A stretch of 64,000 nucleotides of DNA from Nanobdellota archaeon. GTDB lineage: Archaea; Nanobdellota; Nanobdellia; Woesearchaeales; JAGWAF01. The translations under genes were made by a program, and so were the position numbers. Location: contig JBBSWF010000020.1 in the NCBI GenBank assembly GCA_038046365.1, forward strand, positions 14,201 to 78,200. The letters run 5' to 3'. The notes beneath the pieces were generated by a model, which searched no databases, was not told the origin of the DNA, and saw nothing but the letters and a program-made list of their open reading frames with translations. Shown here in pieces: positions 22,501 through 29,349 of the stretch (position 1 is the first letter of the stretch; every line of letters begins with the position of its first letter).

Positions 22501-24367
22501 TAACCTGTTCAATCTCAACAGCCAGGTGATGGGAGAACTGTCAAAAGGGATGCAAGTCCAAAGGACCCCCGGCATCAGATACTACGCGATAGCCGGGACA
22601 AAGCCATACGAATTCAACCTTGGAGCGTTCACAGTCTCTACCAAGGAACTCTTCAAGCTCGTGCTGCCAAACGATGGGATCACTACAACAGCATCAGCGC
22701 AGCATGTCGGAGGGCAATACATAAACGACAGCTGCAAGAACTACTACCAGATAAACCTCACGCACACAGACCTTGTCGACAACCCATTATCCAGAAGAGT
22801 CATAGAGAGAATAGTCGGAGAAGACCAGTACAAACAGACCGGGACGGCGCTAGGATACAACCAATACCTGAGGCTACAGATCGAGAAATGCGACCCGCAA
22901 GAACAGATAGTAATCATCGGAAAACCGATCAAGCCAGCGGAAGAACCTGCCCCGCTTGGATGCAACTGCGGAAACGGAGTGTGCGGAGTAGACGAGACGC
23001 CCGAGACCTGCCCCCAAGACTGCTCCGCGAAGATAGAAAGGCCCGCTCAAGAGATCGCGACAGAGGTTGCGGTCTATCTTGTAAGCACGCTGGTGTTGAT
23101 ATTCATACTATACCGAGCATTCAGGATACTCAAGAGGCGCGAGACCAAGAAGTTCTACACAAAGGAAGAACCGTACATCAAGACAGAAGAACGCGTGCAG
23201 ATAATCGGCGCAGCAGGCATAGAAAACATGGCTGCGCCGCCAATTCGGCCGAAACCATATGGATACGAAACCCTCCCCGCGAACGAGAAGCTGAGAATAG
23301 ACCTCGCCGACCTTGAAGAGGACCTCGACCGCGTGCTAGACGGGAAACCCAAACGACCAGTCTTCTACCCGCTTGAACTCAAAGAAGAGATAGATTCCAT
23401 CAAAAATAAACTTGAGATCAAGATCCCTGAGAAGAGAGGCGAAAGAAAGAAAGAAGCGCCTGTCCCTCCCCTGATAGAGACTTCTGAGATACGGAAGAGA
23501 ATCGAAGAGCTAAGGAACCAATATCCGCTCGCGGGCGGAAAGAAGCTTGAAGCGGCTGCCAGCTCAACTGAAGGCGCCACGCAACTTGGCAACGCGATCA
23601 AACGCGGATTGGCATCGATTCGAGAGGAGATATCAAGGATGCTAAGCGGAAGGCCTCCCCCAGCAGCCGAAGACGAGAAAGCCGAAGAAATCCATACAGA
23701 CAATACTGAAACGCCCGCGCCAAGACCGAAGAAAAGACGCATTGAGCCAAAACCACCTGAAGAACCCGCCTCAAAGAAGCTCGGATGGAAAGACGATGAG
23801 AGAGAAAAACTGCTGCAGCTGCTAGAAGAGGCGAGGAACCAGACCAGGAGAGTGTCTTTGGCGAAACAATCCCGAAGGAATGAGGAACTCGCGCGCAAAG
23901 AGCCGCCAAAGATCAGCGCGATGATCAAAGGCGAGCTCGACGACCTCTTTGAAGACACCAAACGGCTAATAGACGGCGCGATACTGCGGACCAAAGATAA
24001 GAGAGAAGAGAAGAAGAAAGAATGGAAGAAAGAGATCAAACTCAACGAAGCCAAAACAGAAAAAACACCCAGGCGAGAGAAGATAGACCTGAAAACGGAA
24101 CTGAAACCGGTTCCAAAGACTGAGAAAACCATTCCCGCGAAGCCTGCGCCAAAGCCGATCAGCAGACCGGCAATCCACCCAAGACCCGCGCCTGCTAAAA
24201 GTATCATGCCGGCGAAATCACCGCCGAAGAAGAGAGAAAGCAGCGTCTTTGGCGCTGAACTCTCCGGACTCGCAGACGAAGCAGAGCGACTCCTAGGACT
24301 CACTGACAAGATCAGCCGCAAGGCTGAGGAATCACAGAAGGCCAAGCGCAAGATGGAGAAGAAGTGA
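10556..24367 (+). CDS. Giant (4603 aa) membrane-anchored surface protein: two S8 subtilisin domains, beta-helix repeats, alpha/beta hydrolase, C-terminal TM helix and charged tail
   Basis: Triads IDTG/HGTAVAG/GTSISTP and IDSG/HGSHIAG/GTSFATP; N/S/T-rich pentapeptide-like repeats; LLHGFASS and AHSLGG; CGNGVC motif; TM segment VAVYLVSTLVLIFILY. Confidence 0.93.
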   Translation: MESQDSFQARQVDENLAEWARSQDGGSESYAFTPPSAPIAWRSHHREHLAEVLGAQPKDPSKLQLAIGVVVPLMFIIATIMTLADPSITGLVAYSERSIIELNATITSSRNITIGLNDIPMRVRVSGMATGNVSIIHRPSGRKMFETASPGIVALTEECGQACARRDYSSSADPPRYNLTLEVSIGEGAELNITTIGYTFTPANRQPLFNRKLANLTATAKTTTKIDLAGYAKDPDNDSITFIATNSMLADIEVHGSILQIIPKKNATGPTRFVVYASDTKSISRVTVNLDIRQDIGTDEAAAINAPFEIEPDLVEQTQLEDGTPVIIELEEPQEALGELIKAAKIKEEQTLLDTKTSDERVNVKRRYKNIPAVSAVMTQEGLQDLLSNPNIKAIRADEEFSISITDELKQVHAEPQARIMPDGTRLDGEGKTVCLIDTGVQTTHPDLLGKVIGGYNSIDSPEYSSTDISDDNGHGTAVAGIIAAPDGIAPMAMIFPVKACGKTGSCKASAILSAIDACIGARSTHNITVISGSFGDGLAHTAGDCPDTLGAAITAAHDAGMTMTFAAGNNGYLDGVNYPACDGRAISVGSSTQYDTPTSFTNKGSKTDLLAPGQNVTTTMIGGGWGEASGTSISTPFAAGAAMIIAQGLELTGRGATPEDVKNLLMNYSAKAMGMPMLDLSAAIAAATGKSETPIPINGTPTSPAGNETQTIAAEQHAGSIQKPPENQRRLTGGAKPTPSFTPALGKTSALVTRQIETEGKADVIIELELPNITMKDGFGVMSLNQGRAMTKDGLKDAVGRAQRSSLEGMKTALNGTFGTLSSDEDISITDQPEYLPFITGTVSASGLEKLKSTRSVKAIHPNLIRELLPTIIDPEPKASFDISLPTIGALYARDTLNYTGLGVKVAIIDSGVDYTHPDLGGCTRDQFLAGTCAKVPTGYAFCNATNCGRDPDPIDQFGHGSHIAGIIGGTGVGGLKGIAPNATFIAIKSCNATGSCPDASVIAGIDYAISHGADVITMSLGSVPIPNDGLDVIGQAASSAAMMYSITVVAAAGNSGPGTGSIATPAAGQGVLSVTASNDAGTAAVSDDTIASFSDRGPLAFGRFGPDISAPGVSINSTVPQTSQCPYSTVLCSNTGYKVSSGTSFATPHVTGAVALLREQDKNLTPAEIRSILMSSAASISGHPFDKGAGLINATGALTRATRMLIDGAEKGNLESIAGEYAEFNITIVNKDSVSRTITLTAENISEPDGNNSIAASWDLPLPFTAPGNNNTTVRLRMKTNSGATPSVYGGTIIATSDLSETMRTPFTLTVPLYGDGTISMRTSDSSTSSKTGDIFYFKLISPNASGFTTYLSWPDPQYDMDMYLFSEGGLLLTYSAGLDDPEWVGASNIYEKNYWVAANSYYVPSSGMSFEVATAYSSNLTIIPNTIQASAVAGQTKQMTFAIRNGLGPKNMTIALTRLQDSESVDTTRTAPAGGNDYYSFTRNGLNISGMKTCDVIINWTGGADLDLSYYTSNDGGSTNTTRLPSSAHDNGALNQTREALIAHDVGFMAGYYSEWGVRTYNKNNSATQYNLTVRCKSNKPASEASVSPSYIQTMNNSQEINITVNVDTTDLAPNSSIAYMLVARYNDTREWAHSAVTLTVAAAPGVHAANGEYDGGTINLSNVADITNIPDMTLEKTTIGRIRWNGPIDARDANFTRYTTISAGLIAVNASVLHRSINSSANITFYGASCAGYKLLTSRGYIPDKEEATESGDICNATSDPACSSIACSGNTLTFQADHPTTFALLNGITNSIITTSRIGESNLTDANITDSRVNSSDITLSSIKNASLTRSIVNRTTIDNSTFIKSNATGSNINISSVNNSDVLNSTLIEVNMKDSVAAWSYIDPSNITNSTVNNSFVEDSEIDNSSIYDSNATNSTVNASLLSQADVRNSTIKGSTIHNTSINNSRIENSTISNGINISCGQTLTENINLSFNVVGHTPCYNAGADSITINCNGYTVTGTGSAPVINITGRAGVNVLNCNLFGNNAIAITRSNSSSITNVSAGWGTITISGASSNNTLQRASNISALTIGDDASYNRMNNISLSTLTVSGNWNNITNSSVNLTATVSGANNTITGSSMQSGGNIITISGSGHLIANNTISGNIAAGLLSSTRISDNNMTNACVGSIAAVPRNDITISGNRLLACTGGAVAINFEPIQNTNFTVANNQILSSDNPLNLVGGNDWKILGNTFNYSGPITLTSSNGTLFANNTVNSPVNAIAIDISNLTGSSIRESTIANGSEGSIGIRLRSSIENGTMENLGIDNNTIEGFTKCVSTSTGEDYPERLNGTSIYGNKFHSCGIAIELEANATGASAGGMRILHNRVTSTSTALKLRSASGARIENNAFNATGNTSILLIDNLNATMINTTITGTLNGISIINTSGIITRYLQIYNATSCAVLLNRSNGGILTNLTINTTSSSIHITGGMNHTINETNAPHPVILENASYSIINFTAQVNFTAQSPISSIVNLSDNYITINSTLAPQFNISAILTAYVSFNEAVPGIDQEDDGTLSTCPLTRCTTISQTGSIFVFNVTGFTSYGGISPTPGSVIVNSTINGSIVSNSTVNNATVTNSTINRSVITNSTVHNSTASNSSIINSILGNSTLTNSTLTGSYANASQMPIAQILNSTIISALVNRTNAENSSIRFSNTTSSIINASSVDNSSSTTSNLTTSIVNLSTVSGSIISNSSAYSSNISGSISDNSTIHNSNLSLSNANTSNIDLSGLSNTTAYASRVNTSSTANATLIRTNLTLANISLATLENSSVQNSTILHGRITSSTLLNSTASNSTITVSRIVTSITDNSTQLSTNLTRSLMNASVSENSRMTNTTSMASNINSTTADNTTTADSRLEQSTTNTTRLYGSTLGNSSAIRCIINLSQAYNSTLANSTILLATVNLSALDNSSAWQSNITESTVNKSLSDTSSIYMSVIANAQLNNTVSDNSTASNISSTNSTINSSIAVNLTLIESTLMSANVNRTYAHNITATNSTIKTSTINNSRAENSTIIGSNQTWSDVNNSDVRNSTIYRANVTASVVAGSTAVNSSINQSDVVNCNLTNVTVHNSTLFGETIINDIVINSRSLAACGKVIGRDAIMNQNITCDGAALIFNRSNNRVSCQGFLIQGNGTSTAIEIRSKPNSSADACIITNYSIAISVNDTNDTTLTNMKIDQSRIGLLISNSSNVTIGNMTVTMSTLVGALIDPSDNITIENSTFAGGVNPIILLDTNNSRIAFNLIENSTGGLNLTNSFNNRIHNNTIRNNSVNIRLTSGTGNIIYDNFLSDAKSLHIFAGAGNNFNTSGASGGHGNRFDNTIALRIYDQNGDGYGERGWDWPYNSTNNGTVNINVSDLGPITSRQDQAPVQVGAFNIVEMISGGTYNQIDLDGVFSDPDGDPLNYTVSGNNSLGVTVDAVTHVVYISAPGNFTGTQIVTFIANDSILAVSAGLTINVAASAPPPSTPQGSQGQGLAGPSAEDTAGADAAAAAAAAAAAAVTAAAPAVTAAAAAPAAAAAPSPPSSVFAPTVTAESFRNMIEGIKKTEDTPVACGYRTKKTIEKEVVPTKTNLTQVKLPEGYKMATDPFTLSCDGDSLDLTLNVPAGFTDLKALRCKKDGCTNIIEKEVTTKELVCGGKTVTQIRQEEITQRKESLALEDLGVIIEEGTTITNAKRAIQSGKNRLEFTREIRVPFQAKISSPKSSVPLPKNPSAAIIGTPLEVTLRNAQGPLAARITLPYIKPENYDQDSFAIFALTDGEWEYIESSTRDENNQKISAETNDLLKYVRNGVAQFAVIGTGCAACQQSKLAHTYSHEGARAAIILLHGFASSPKTWQFLIDEIALTNQPYQVYTFEFSASRPMMTTTREFMDLMELESGQFDTAYIVAHSLGGLITQEALHQSELAGTKYTWLPKVKKVVLIGTPNDGTPGVDVFQNLFQSLVNEKSVFNLFNLNSQVMGELSKGMQVQRTPGIRYYAIAGTKPYEFNLGAFTVSTKELFKLVLPNDGITTTASAQHVGGQYINDSCKNYYQINLTHTDLVDNPLSRRVIERIVGEDQYKQTGTALGYNQYLRLQIEKCDPQEQIVIIGKPIKPAEEPAPLGCNCGNGVCGVDETPETCPQDCSAKIERPAQEIATEVAVYLVSTLVLIFILYRAFRILKRRETKKFYTKEEPYIKTEERVQIIGAAGIENMAAPPIRPKPYGYETLPANEKLRIDLADLEEDLDRVLDGKPKRPVFYPLELKEEIDSIKNKLEIKIPEKRGERKKEAPVPPLIETSEIRKRIEELRNQYPLAGGKKLEAAASSTEGATQLGNAIKRGLASIREEISRMLSGRPPPAAEDEKAEEIHTDNTETPAPRPKKRRIEPKPPEEPASKKLGWKDDEREKLLQLLEEARNQTRRVSLAKQSRRNEELARKEPPKISAMIKGELDDLFEDTKRLIDGAILRTKDKREEKKKEWKKEIKLNEAKTEKTPRREKIDLKTELKPVPKTEKTIPAKPAPKPISRPAIHPRPAPAKSIMPAKSPPKKRESSVFGAELSGLADEAERLLGLTDKISRKAEESQKAKRKMEKK

Positions 24368-24470
24368 AACGACGATGACGATCATGAGAATCACTGGAAT
24401 GGAACCAACAACCGAGATGAAAACAAGACCGGTGTCCAAGTCAGAGAAAGAAAAATGGATGCCGCATACC

Positions 24471-24604
24471 GGGAATTTCGCAAAAAATGAGGCCAAGCCG
24501 AATTTTTGCGAAATTCCCAATCACACTCCCAGAAGTGGGGGGTGGAAAGCCATCAGGACTACCCCAGGTACCGCAAACAACACCCGGGAAAGATGGCTTT
24601 CCAC
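24471..24604. repeat. Two long inverted repeats downstream of the giant gene
   Basis: GGGAATTTCGCAAAAA (24471-86)/TTTTTGCGAAATTCCC (24503-18); GTGGAAAGCCATC (24542-54)/GATGGCTTTCCAC (24592-604). Confidence 0.85.
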
Positions 24605-24664
24605 TTTCTTTTTCAGCACAGAAGTCACCAATCGTCCCGAACAGAGAAATATATAGATGCATTA

Positions 24665-24831
24665 AATCCGCCGCGGCATGAGGCGGCACGACGGCCGTGC
24701 CGCTACCGCGTCACGGCCTAGCCACCACCCCGGAGGGGGCCATCTGGAAATCGCTTGCGATTTCCAGGGGTTTGCTTCGCCCTGCTCGCAAACCAACCCC
24801 CGGACCATCGCGCGCCATGCCGCGGCGGGTT
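24665..24831 (-). ncRNA. Candidate GC-rich multibranched structured element (RNA or ssDNA)
   Basis: 13-bp closing stem 24668-80/24816-28; hairpins 24683-703, 24744-67, 24769-94; further helices pair only through G-U on the minus strand. Confidence 0.55.
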
Positions 24832-24849
24832 GATAGACGAATTGAGAGG

Positions 24850-26646
24850 CTATCTTTTTCCGGGATCCTCATAGATCCCTTTTGAGGCGGCGATGAGCCA
24901 CTCTGGAGGGAAGTGGTATCTCATCAGATGTACAGCGACATCTCTTAACGGTTCTGGAACAGTGATCCTGATGGCCCAGTGATTATAGAGAAGCTCATCG
25001 ATCGACCATCTCTGGCTGGGCCGGAGGTCGTAGAGATTCTTGACACCATCCTTTGTGAGGATCGGAGCATATTCCGGCTTTTTCTTGTGGAGATTGATAG
25101 GTATCACGATCGCGATGTCGTCGGCGGTGAGGTCACGCCTGGCCTCGCAATCTTCGCAGAATGCGCTTGGAGCAAGAGACTGTGCCGCGACGTACCCTGC
25201 CATACCTTCTTCGGTCTTGACAGACTCGTCCAGATCTTTCTTGTCCACCAGCCGATTGTTATGGCAATAATCGCAGGGAGACTGGCTTATCTCCCGGTTC
25301 AGGAACCACGCTATGCCCTCTTCCGCCTTGAGGAGCGCGTCGTGGGACTTGAGCGCGTCGCAGACAGTCATTGCTTTATCACGCTCGATGCCGCGGATGT
25401 ACTCATCATTGATGCGGCCGCGAGTCCTGAAGAAATTGTTACCTGCGCTCTCCGCAAACTCCGGCGGCTCACCTGGAGGCTCCCTATAGAACACTGTGCC
25501 CATGCGCGTGTAGATCTTCATAGCGAGAGACGTCATCGTGATCCTGCCTAGATCAAGGCGGCGATGATACATCTCTGCCACCCGCTCATCGTGATGATGT
25601 GTCAGGAGATCCTCAAGTTGTGGATCATCAAGGCCTGGCAGCATCCCGGAGGACGCAAGACCTGAAGCCTCAAGCACCTTGTGAGCGAAGCGCTGGATTA
25701 TCTGCACGTTAGGATTATGATATATCTTGTTGTAAGCGATGGCGCGCAAGCGAAGGAAGTCAGCGGCGAGGTCGATAGCGTCGCTCTTTATCGCCAGAAC
25801 AGTCTGCCCATCCTGCTTGGCGAGGACCATGTTAGAGATGAGTTGTCCTGGATCGAGGCGGAATAGAGAGTAAGGCTCCTTCTCTAGGGTGCGCGTGAGT
25901 TCCAGGTCACGCAAGAGGTAAGCGATGCGGTCAGAACCGAAAGCGCCTGAGACCACCTGAGCCAGAGGATGATCCCCCCGAAACATTGCCAAGATGTCTT
26001 CAAGACGGACGTGAGCCTCGATGTGCCTCGCAAGCTCCTGCTCGCAGATGCGCATCCCCTCTTTCTCATGGTCGAAACCGTCTTTTCTCAACAGGTTCTC
26101 AGCGCAGTGGCCCCAAGGAGGATGGCCAATATCGTGGAGCAGGCCATCGACCTCAACCAATCGCTTTTCATAATCGCCGAGACCGAGCGCGTCCGCAATC
26201 TTCCCTGCGAAATATGAAGCCATCATAGAATGCTCACCGCGAGTGTGGTTGGCGCCATTGAACGCGTGCTGGACATGGGTGAGCTGGGCGATGCGCAGGA
26301 TGCGCTTGAACTGAGGAGACCTTATGAGATTGTGATAGCGATGGAAGCTGACACGAGTCATCTTGTACTCATACGGGTTGAGCGAGAGGAATGGGCGCAG
26401 TTCGAGGTCGGAGTGAAAGTTGAGTCCGTAACAGTAAGGAGGCCGGTTGAGTATACCCTTGAAACGCTCGCTCATATCCCGCAGGTCCTTTCTGTCCGAC
26501 GAGATGATCCTTGACAATCTATCATCATCCACCTGCTCTGGATCAGGCTCCGGAACCGGAGGATCGCCTATTGGAGCATCAGCGTAATCCTCGCAGGCTT
26601 TCTTGTACTCCGCGACCAAAGATTCCAGCGTCGGCTTGGCTTCCAT
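24850..26646 (-). CDS. HD-domain phosphohydrolase (dNTP triphosphohydrolase-like) with CxxC..CxxC insertion
   Basis: FKRILRIAQL, HTRGEHS, LLHDIGHPPWGH, DRIAYLLRD, IYHNP; CDYC and CEDC. Confidence 0.88.
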   Translation of the reverse strand: MEAKPTLESLVAEYKKACEDYADAPIGDPPVPEPDPEQVDDDRLSRIISSDRKDLRDMSERFKGILNRPPYCYGLNFHSDLELRPFLSLNPYEYKMTRVSFHRYHNLIRSPQFKRILRIAQLTHVQHAFNGANHTRGEHSMMASYFAGKIADALGLGDYEKRLVEVDGLLHDIGHPPWGHCAENLLRKDGFDHEKEGMRICEQELARHIEAHVRLEDILAMFRGDHPLAQVVSGAFGSDRIAYLLRDLELTRTLEKEPYSLFRLDPGQLISNMVLAKQDGQTVLAIKSDAIDLAADFLRLRAIAYNKIYHNPNVQIIQRFAHKVLEASGLASSGMLPGLDDPQLEDLLTHHHDERVAEMYHRRLDLGRITMTSLAMKIYTRMGTVFYREPPGEPPEFAESAGNNFFRTRGRINDEYIRGIERDKAMTVCDALKSHDALLKAEEGIAWFLNREISQSPCDYCHNNRLVDKKDLDESVKTEEGMAGYVAAQSLAPSAFCEDCEARRDLTADDIAIVIPINLHKKKPEYAPILTKDGVKNLYDLRPSQRWSIDELLYNHWAIRITVPEPLRDVAVHLMRYHFPPEWLIAASKGIYEDPGKR

Positions 26647-26746
26647 CGACGGCGGGATTGGAGGGGATTATAAAAGGGTGAGGGGAATGGAGGCGCGGAG
26701 AGCCTGAGTAGAAACCATTTTATCCTACCCAGTGAGTTCCAGTGAA

Positions 26747-27421
26747 ATGATAATCGACGTCCCGCTGATACGACAGCCCAAAGATTCAGTCGATTGCGGA
26801 ATCGCAGGAATAACAATGATTTTGGCGCACCATGGAATCAACAGACCGTTTGATGATGTCAAGAAAGATATAATGACGGACCATACCGGAACATACGCGC
26901 CTCAACTAGGAACCTACCTGATCAAGCAGGGTTTCGATGTCGAGATCGTGACAATGCACCCAGGATTATTCACAAAGAAACATCTGCCTAAGGACAGCAA
27001 TGACTCAAAGGCACATTTCCAAGGATTGATGCCAAAGACGAGCAAGGAACAAGACCGGAAGGTGATAGGCCATTTCATCGAATTCTTATCAGCGGGCGGA
27101 CTGGTGCGCGCGAAAAGGCCGACTGAAAAGGATCTCCTCTCAGAGATCGGCCAAGGAAGGCCTGTCGGCGCTCTACTGACCACCAACTTCCTGTCTGAAG
27201 AAGAACCAAAGTTCAATTTCCACTTCAACGTGATCACCGGAATCGATGTCAAGAAAGTATATGTGAACGACCCAATGTGGGACAAGAGAGGCGGGAAGAA
27301 GACCTATTTGATAGAAGACTTCTTTTTCGGATTATACGCGAGCTCATACGGCGATCTTGATAATGGGTGCCTGATAATGGTGCGGCCGAAGGGGGGCATG
27401 GCGATACACAATCAGGGTTGA
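26747..27421 (+). CDS. Peptidase C39-like family protein
   Basis: VPLIRQ..DCGIAG (Cys), FHFNVITG (His), YVNDP (Asp). Confidence 0.85.
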   Translation: MIIDVPLIRQPKDSVDCGIAGITMILAHHGINRPFDDVKKDIMTDHTGTYAPQLGTYLIKQGFDVEIVTMHPGLFTKKHLPKDSNDSKAHFQGLMPKTSKEQDRKVIGHFIEFLSAGGLVRAKRPTEKDLLSEIGQGRPVGALLTTNFLSEEEPKFNFHFNVITGIDVKKVYVNDPMWDKRGGKKTYLIEDFFFGLYASSYGDLDNGCLIMVRPKGGMAIHNQG

Positions 27422-27475
27422 CGAAAAACTGGGACTTATCTGGGAGGGATAGAGAGTTCTAATACCCCCGATTCA

Positions 27476-28408
27476 TCACTTGCACTGCTTGACTATCTTA
27501 TACAAGAATCTCGGACTCAGATCAAGTCTAGGAAACTCCAGAGGCCTCCTTCTTAGCTCTTGCTCCATCTCTACTGGTGAAAGAGCGCAATGAGTGTCAT
27601 GATAGAAAGCGCCCATCGTCTTTGAGACTTCCTCATATCTGCCTTGTGCCACTATAGCCCTCATCAGGTTCAAGCGGTCCGACGCCAGACTCCCATGAGA
27701 CATATCCAAGGCCCGTTTGAAATGTCGCTCCGAAGGGACATACTCCTCAACATTATAATAAGCCACTCCGAGCACCACATTCGCGGCATAGGAACTCGAT
27801 GTGATAGACTCCAATCTCTCATGGACTGCCGGATGGGTATGACCATCCCGGATATCAATCTCAGAGAGAGCGATCTTCGCTACGGGATCATCCCCCACCA
27901 ATCGAAGGAAACTTCGGGCCGCTTTATGATCCCCGGACTTCAGATTGAGCAAACCCAGGACTAACTTTTCACCGTCTGAGAGCCGCTCGAACATATTATA
28001 GCAAACCATAGCAGACCGATTATCCCCTACAAATAACGCCGCTGCGGCGTATTCACTGAGGAGATCTGAGTTGGATAGATCGATGACCTCCTGTCTATAC
28101 TCATCGACCGCTTTTTTCATATAATCATGTCCTTGATTCTCAGGATCACTAAATGTCCTGCGAAGGGCGTCCACCCGGATATCTTTCACTGTCCGACGAA
28201 CAGATGCGCTTTTAGAAGAGTGTCTAAACCTGCTTGTATAATCATCAGGCCGCCCAAATGACCAATCCAGCCCTCCAAGTTGAGACCAATCCAGCCCCCC
28301 AAGTGGAACAAAACAATCCGGACCGATTCCCTCACCAAACCATCCAAACCCGTGATGGATAGGCCTATCAGGTCTTCTCGCCCCCTCTCCACTATCTTTC
28401 TTCGCCAT
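27476..28408 (-). CDS. TPR-containing hypothetical protein
   Basis: 310-aa ORF with TPR-like helices (LGVAYYNVEEY..HFKRALDM). Confidence 0.65.
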   Translation of the reverse strand: MAKKDSGEGARRPDRPIHHGFGWFGEGIGPDCFVPLGGLDWSQLGGLDWSFGRPDDYTSRFRHSSKSASVRRTVKDIRVDALRRTFSDPENQGHDYMKKAVDEYRQEVIDLSNSDLLSEYAAAALFVGDNRSAMVCYNMFERLSDGEKLVLGLLNLKSGDHKAARSFLRLVGDDPVAKIALSEIDIRDGHTHPAVHERLESITSSSYAANVVLGVAYYNVEEYVPSERHFKRALDMSHGSLASDRLNLMRAIVAQGRYEEVSKTMGAFYHDTHCALSPVEMEQELRRRPLEFPRLDLSPRFLYKIVKQCK

Positions 28409-28493
28409 GATACCAAATAGCGCCAGAACCTTTTATAGTTCACTCCCCCCCTAATGGGGAACATTTTAATAGTCCGGCGAGTTAGAGGCGCTG

Positions 28494-29231
28494 ATGCTGA
28501 AAGAGAAGCTGTCAAAGATCGGCCTGACTGACGGAGAGGCAGAAGTCTACGAGTTACTCATCGAGAGAGGCGAGAGCAAAGCAGGCGAGCTAATCAAGAG
28601 CGCAAGCCTGGCCAGCTCAAAGGTTTATGAAGTGCTGCAGCGATTGGTGAACAAAGGACTTGCCAGCTTCTCAGTCAAGGACGGGATAAAAAGGTATCAA
28701 GCGACGCCTCCAGAGCGGCTCGTGGACTTTCTCGAAGACAAGAAGTCACAGATCGACCAGGCCAAGGAAGAGGTGCTGAAGATAATCCCCGCGATAAAAC
28801 AGAAGAATGAATCGCGGCAGTCGACAAACAACATCAGGATGTATATCGGGCGGGACGGACCGAAGATCGCCATCAAGGAGCTGGCAGAGGCAAGCATGAA
28901 AGACAAATGCAATTATGGGTATGGAACTCAAGACAACCCTTTTGCAGAGCGCTATCCCAAAGAGCTCAAAGAATGGTTCGAGACAGAGAAAAGATATGGG
29001 CTCAAGACAAAGATAATTTTCGCTGAAGGCCACAAGCAGAGGCAACCCAGCGCGCAGATAAGATACCTCCCTCCCGGATTCCTTTCACCGGTGCGGACGA
29101 TGATCGCAGGCCACAAAGTATTTCTTGTGGACTTCACCGAGCCGTTCACCACGATAATAATCGAGAACAAGGCCATCGCCCAAAGCTACAAAGATCATTT
29201 CTTGATGCTCTGGAAAACCGCGAAGGCCTGA
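28494..29231 (+). CDS. TrmB family transcriptional regulator
   Basis: LSKIGLTDGEAEVYELL..SKVYEVLQRLVNKGL..YQATPPERL; C-terminal F..LW. Confidence 0.92.
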   Translation: MLKEKLSKIGLTDGEAEVYELLIERGESKAGELIKSASLASSKVYEVLQRLVNKGLASFSVKDGIKRYQATPPERLVDFLEDKKSQIDQAKEEVLKIIPAIKQKNESRQSTNNIRMYIGRDGPKIAIKELAEASMKDKCNYGYGTQDNPFAERYPKELKEWFETEKRYGLKTKIIFAEGHKQRQPSAQIRYLPPGFLSPVRTMIAGHKVFLVDFTEPFTTIIIENKAIAQSYKDHFLMLWKTAKA

Positions 29232-29349
29232 TATAGACAACTGCGCAGTTATCGATATCTTGGGATTTGCCCCTCGACGACCCAAACAGGCCATCGAAAG
29301 GGTTAAATAGTGGGTTGATGGGAGATTGGGACATATTGGGGGTGCATAG

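Noticed and set aside
11056-24351. Many antisense ORFs of 100-350 aa inside the giant gene
   Set aside because: Shadow frames caused by the biased codon usage of the + strand gene.
28260-28305. 24-bp tandem duplication (GGLDWS x2)
   Set aside because: Short in-frame duplication in a likely disordered N-terminus; only two copies.
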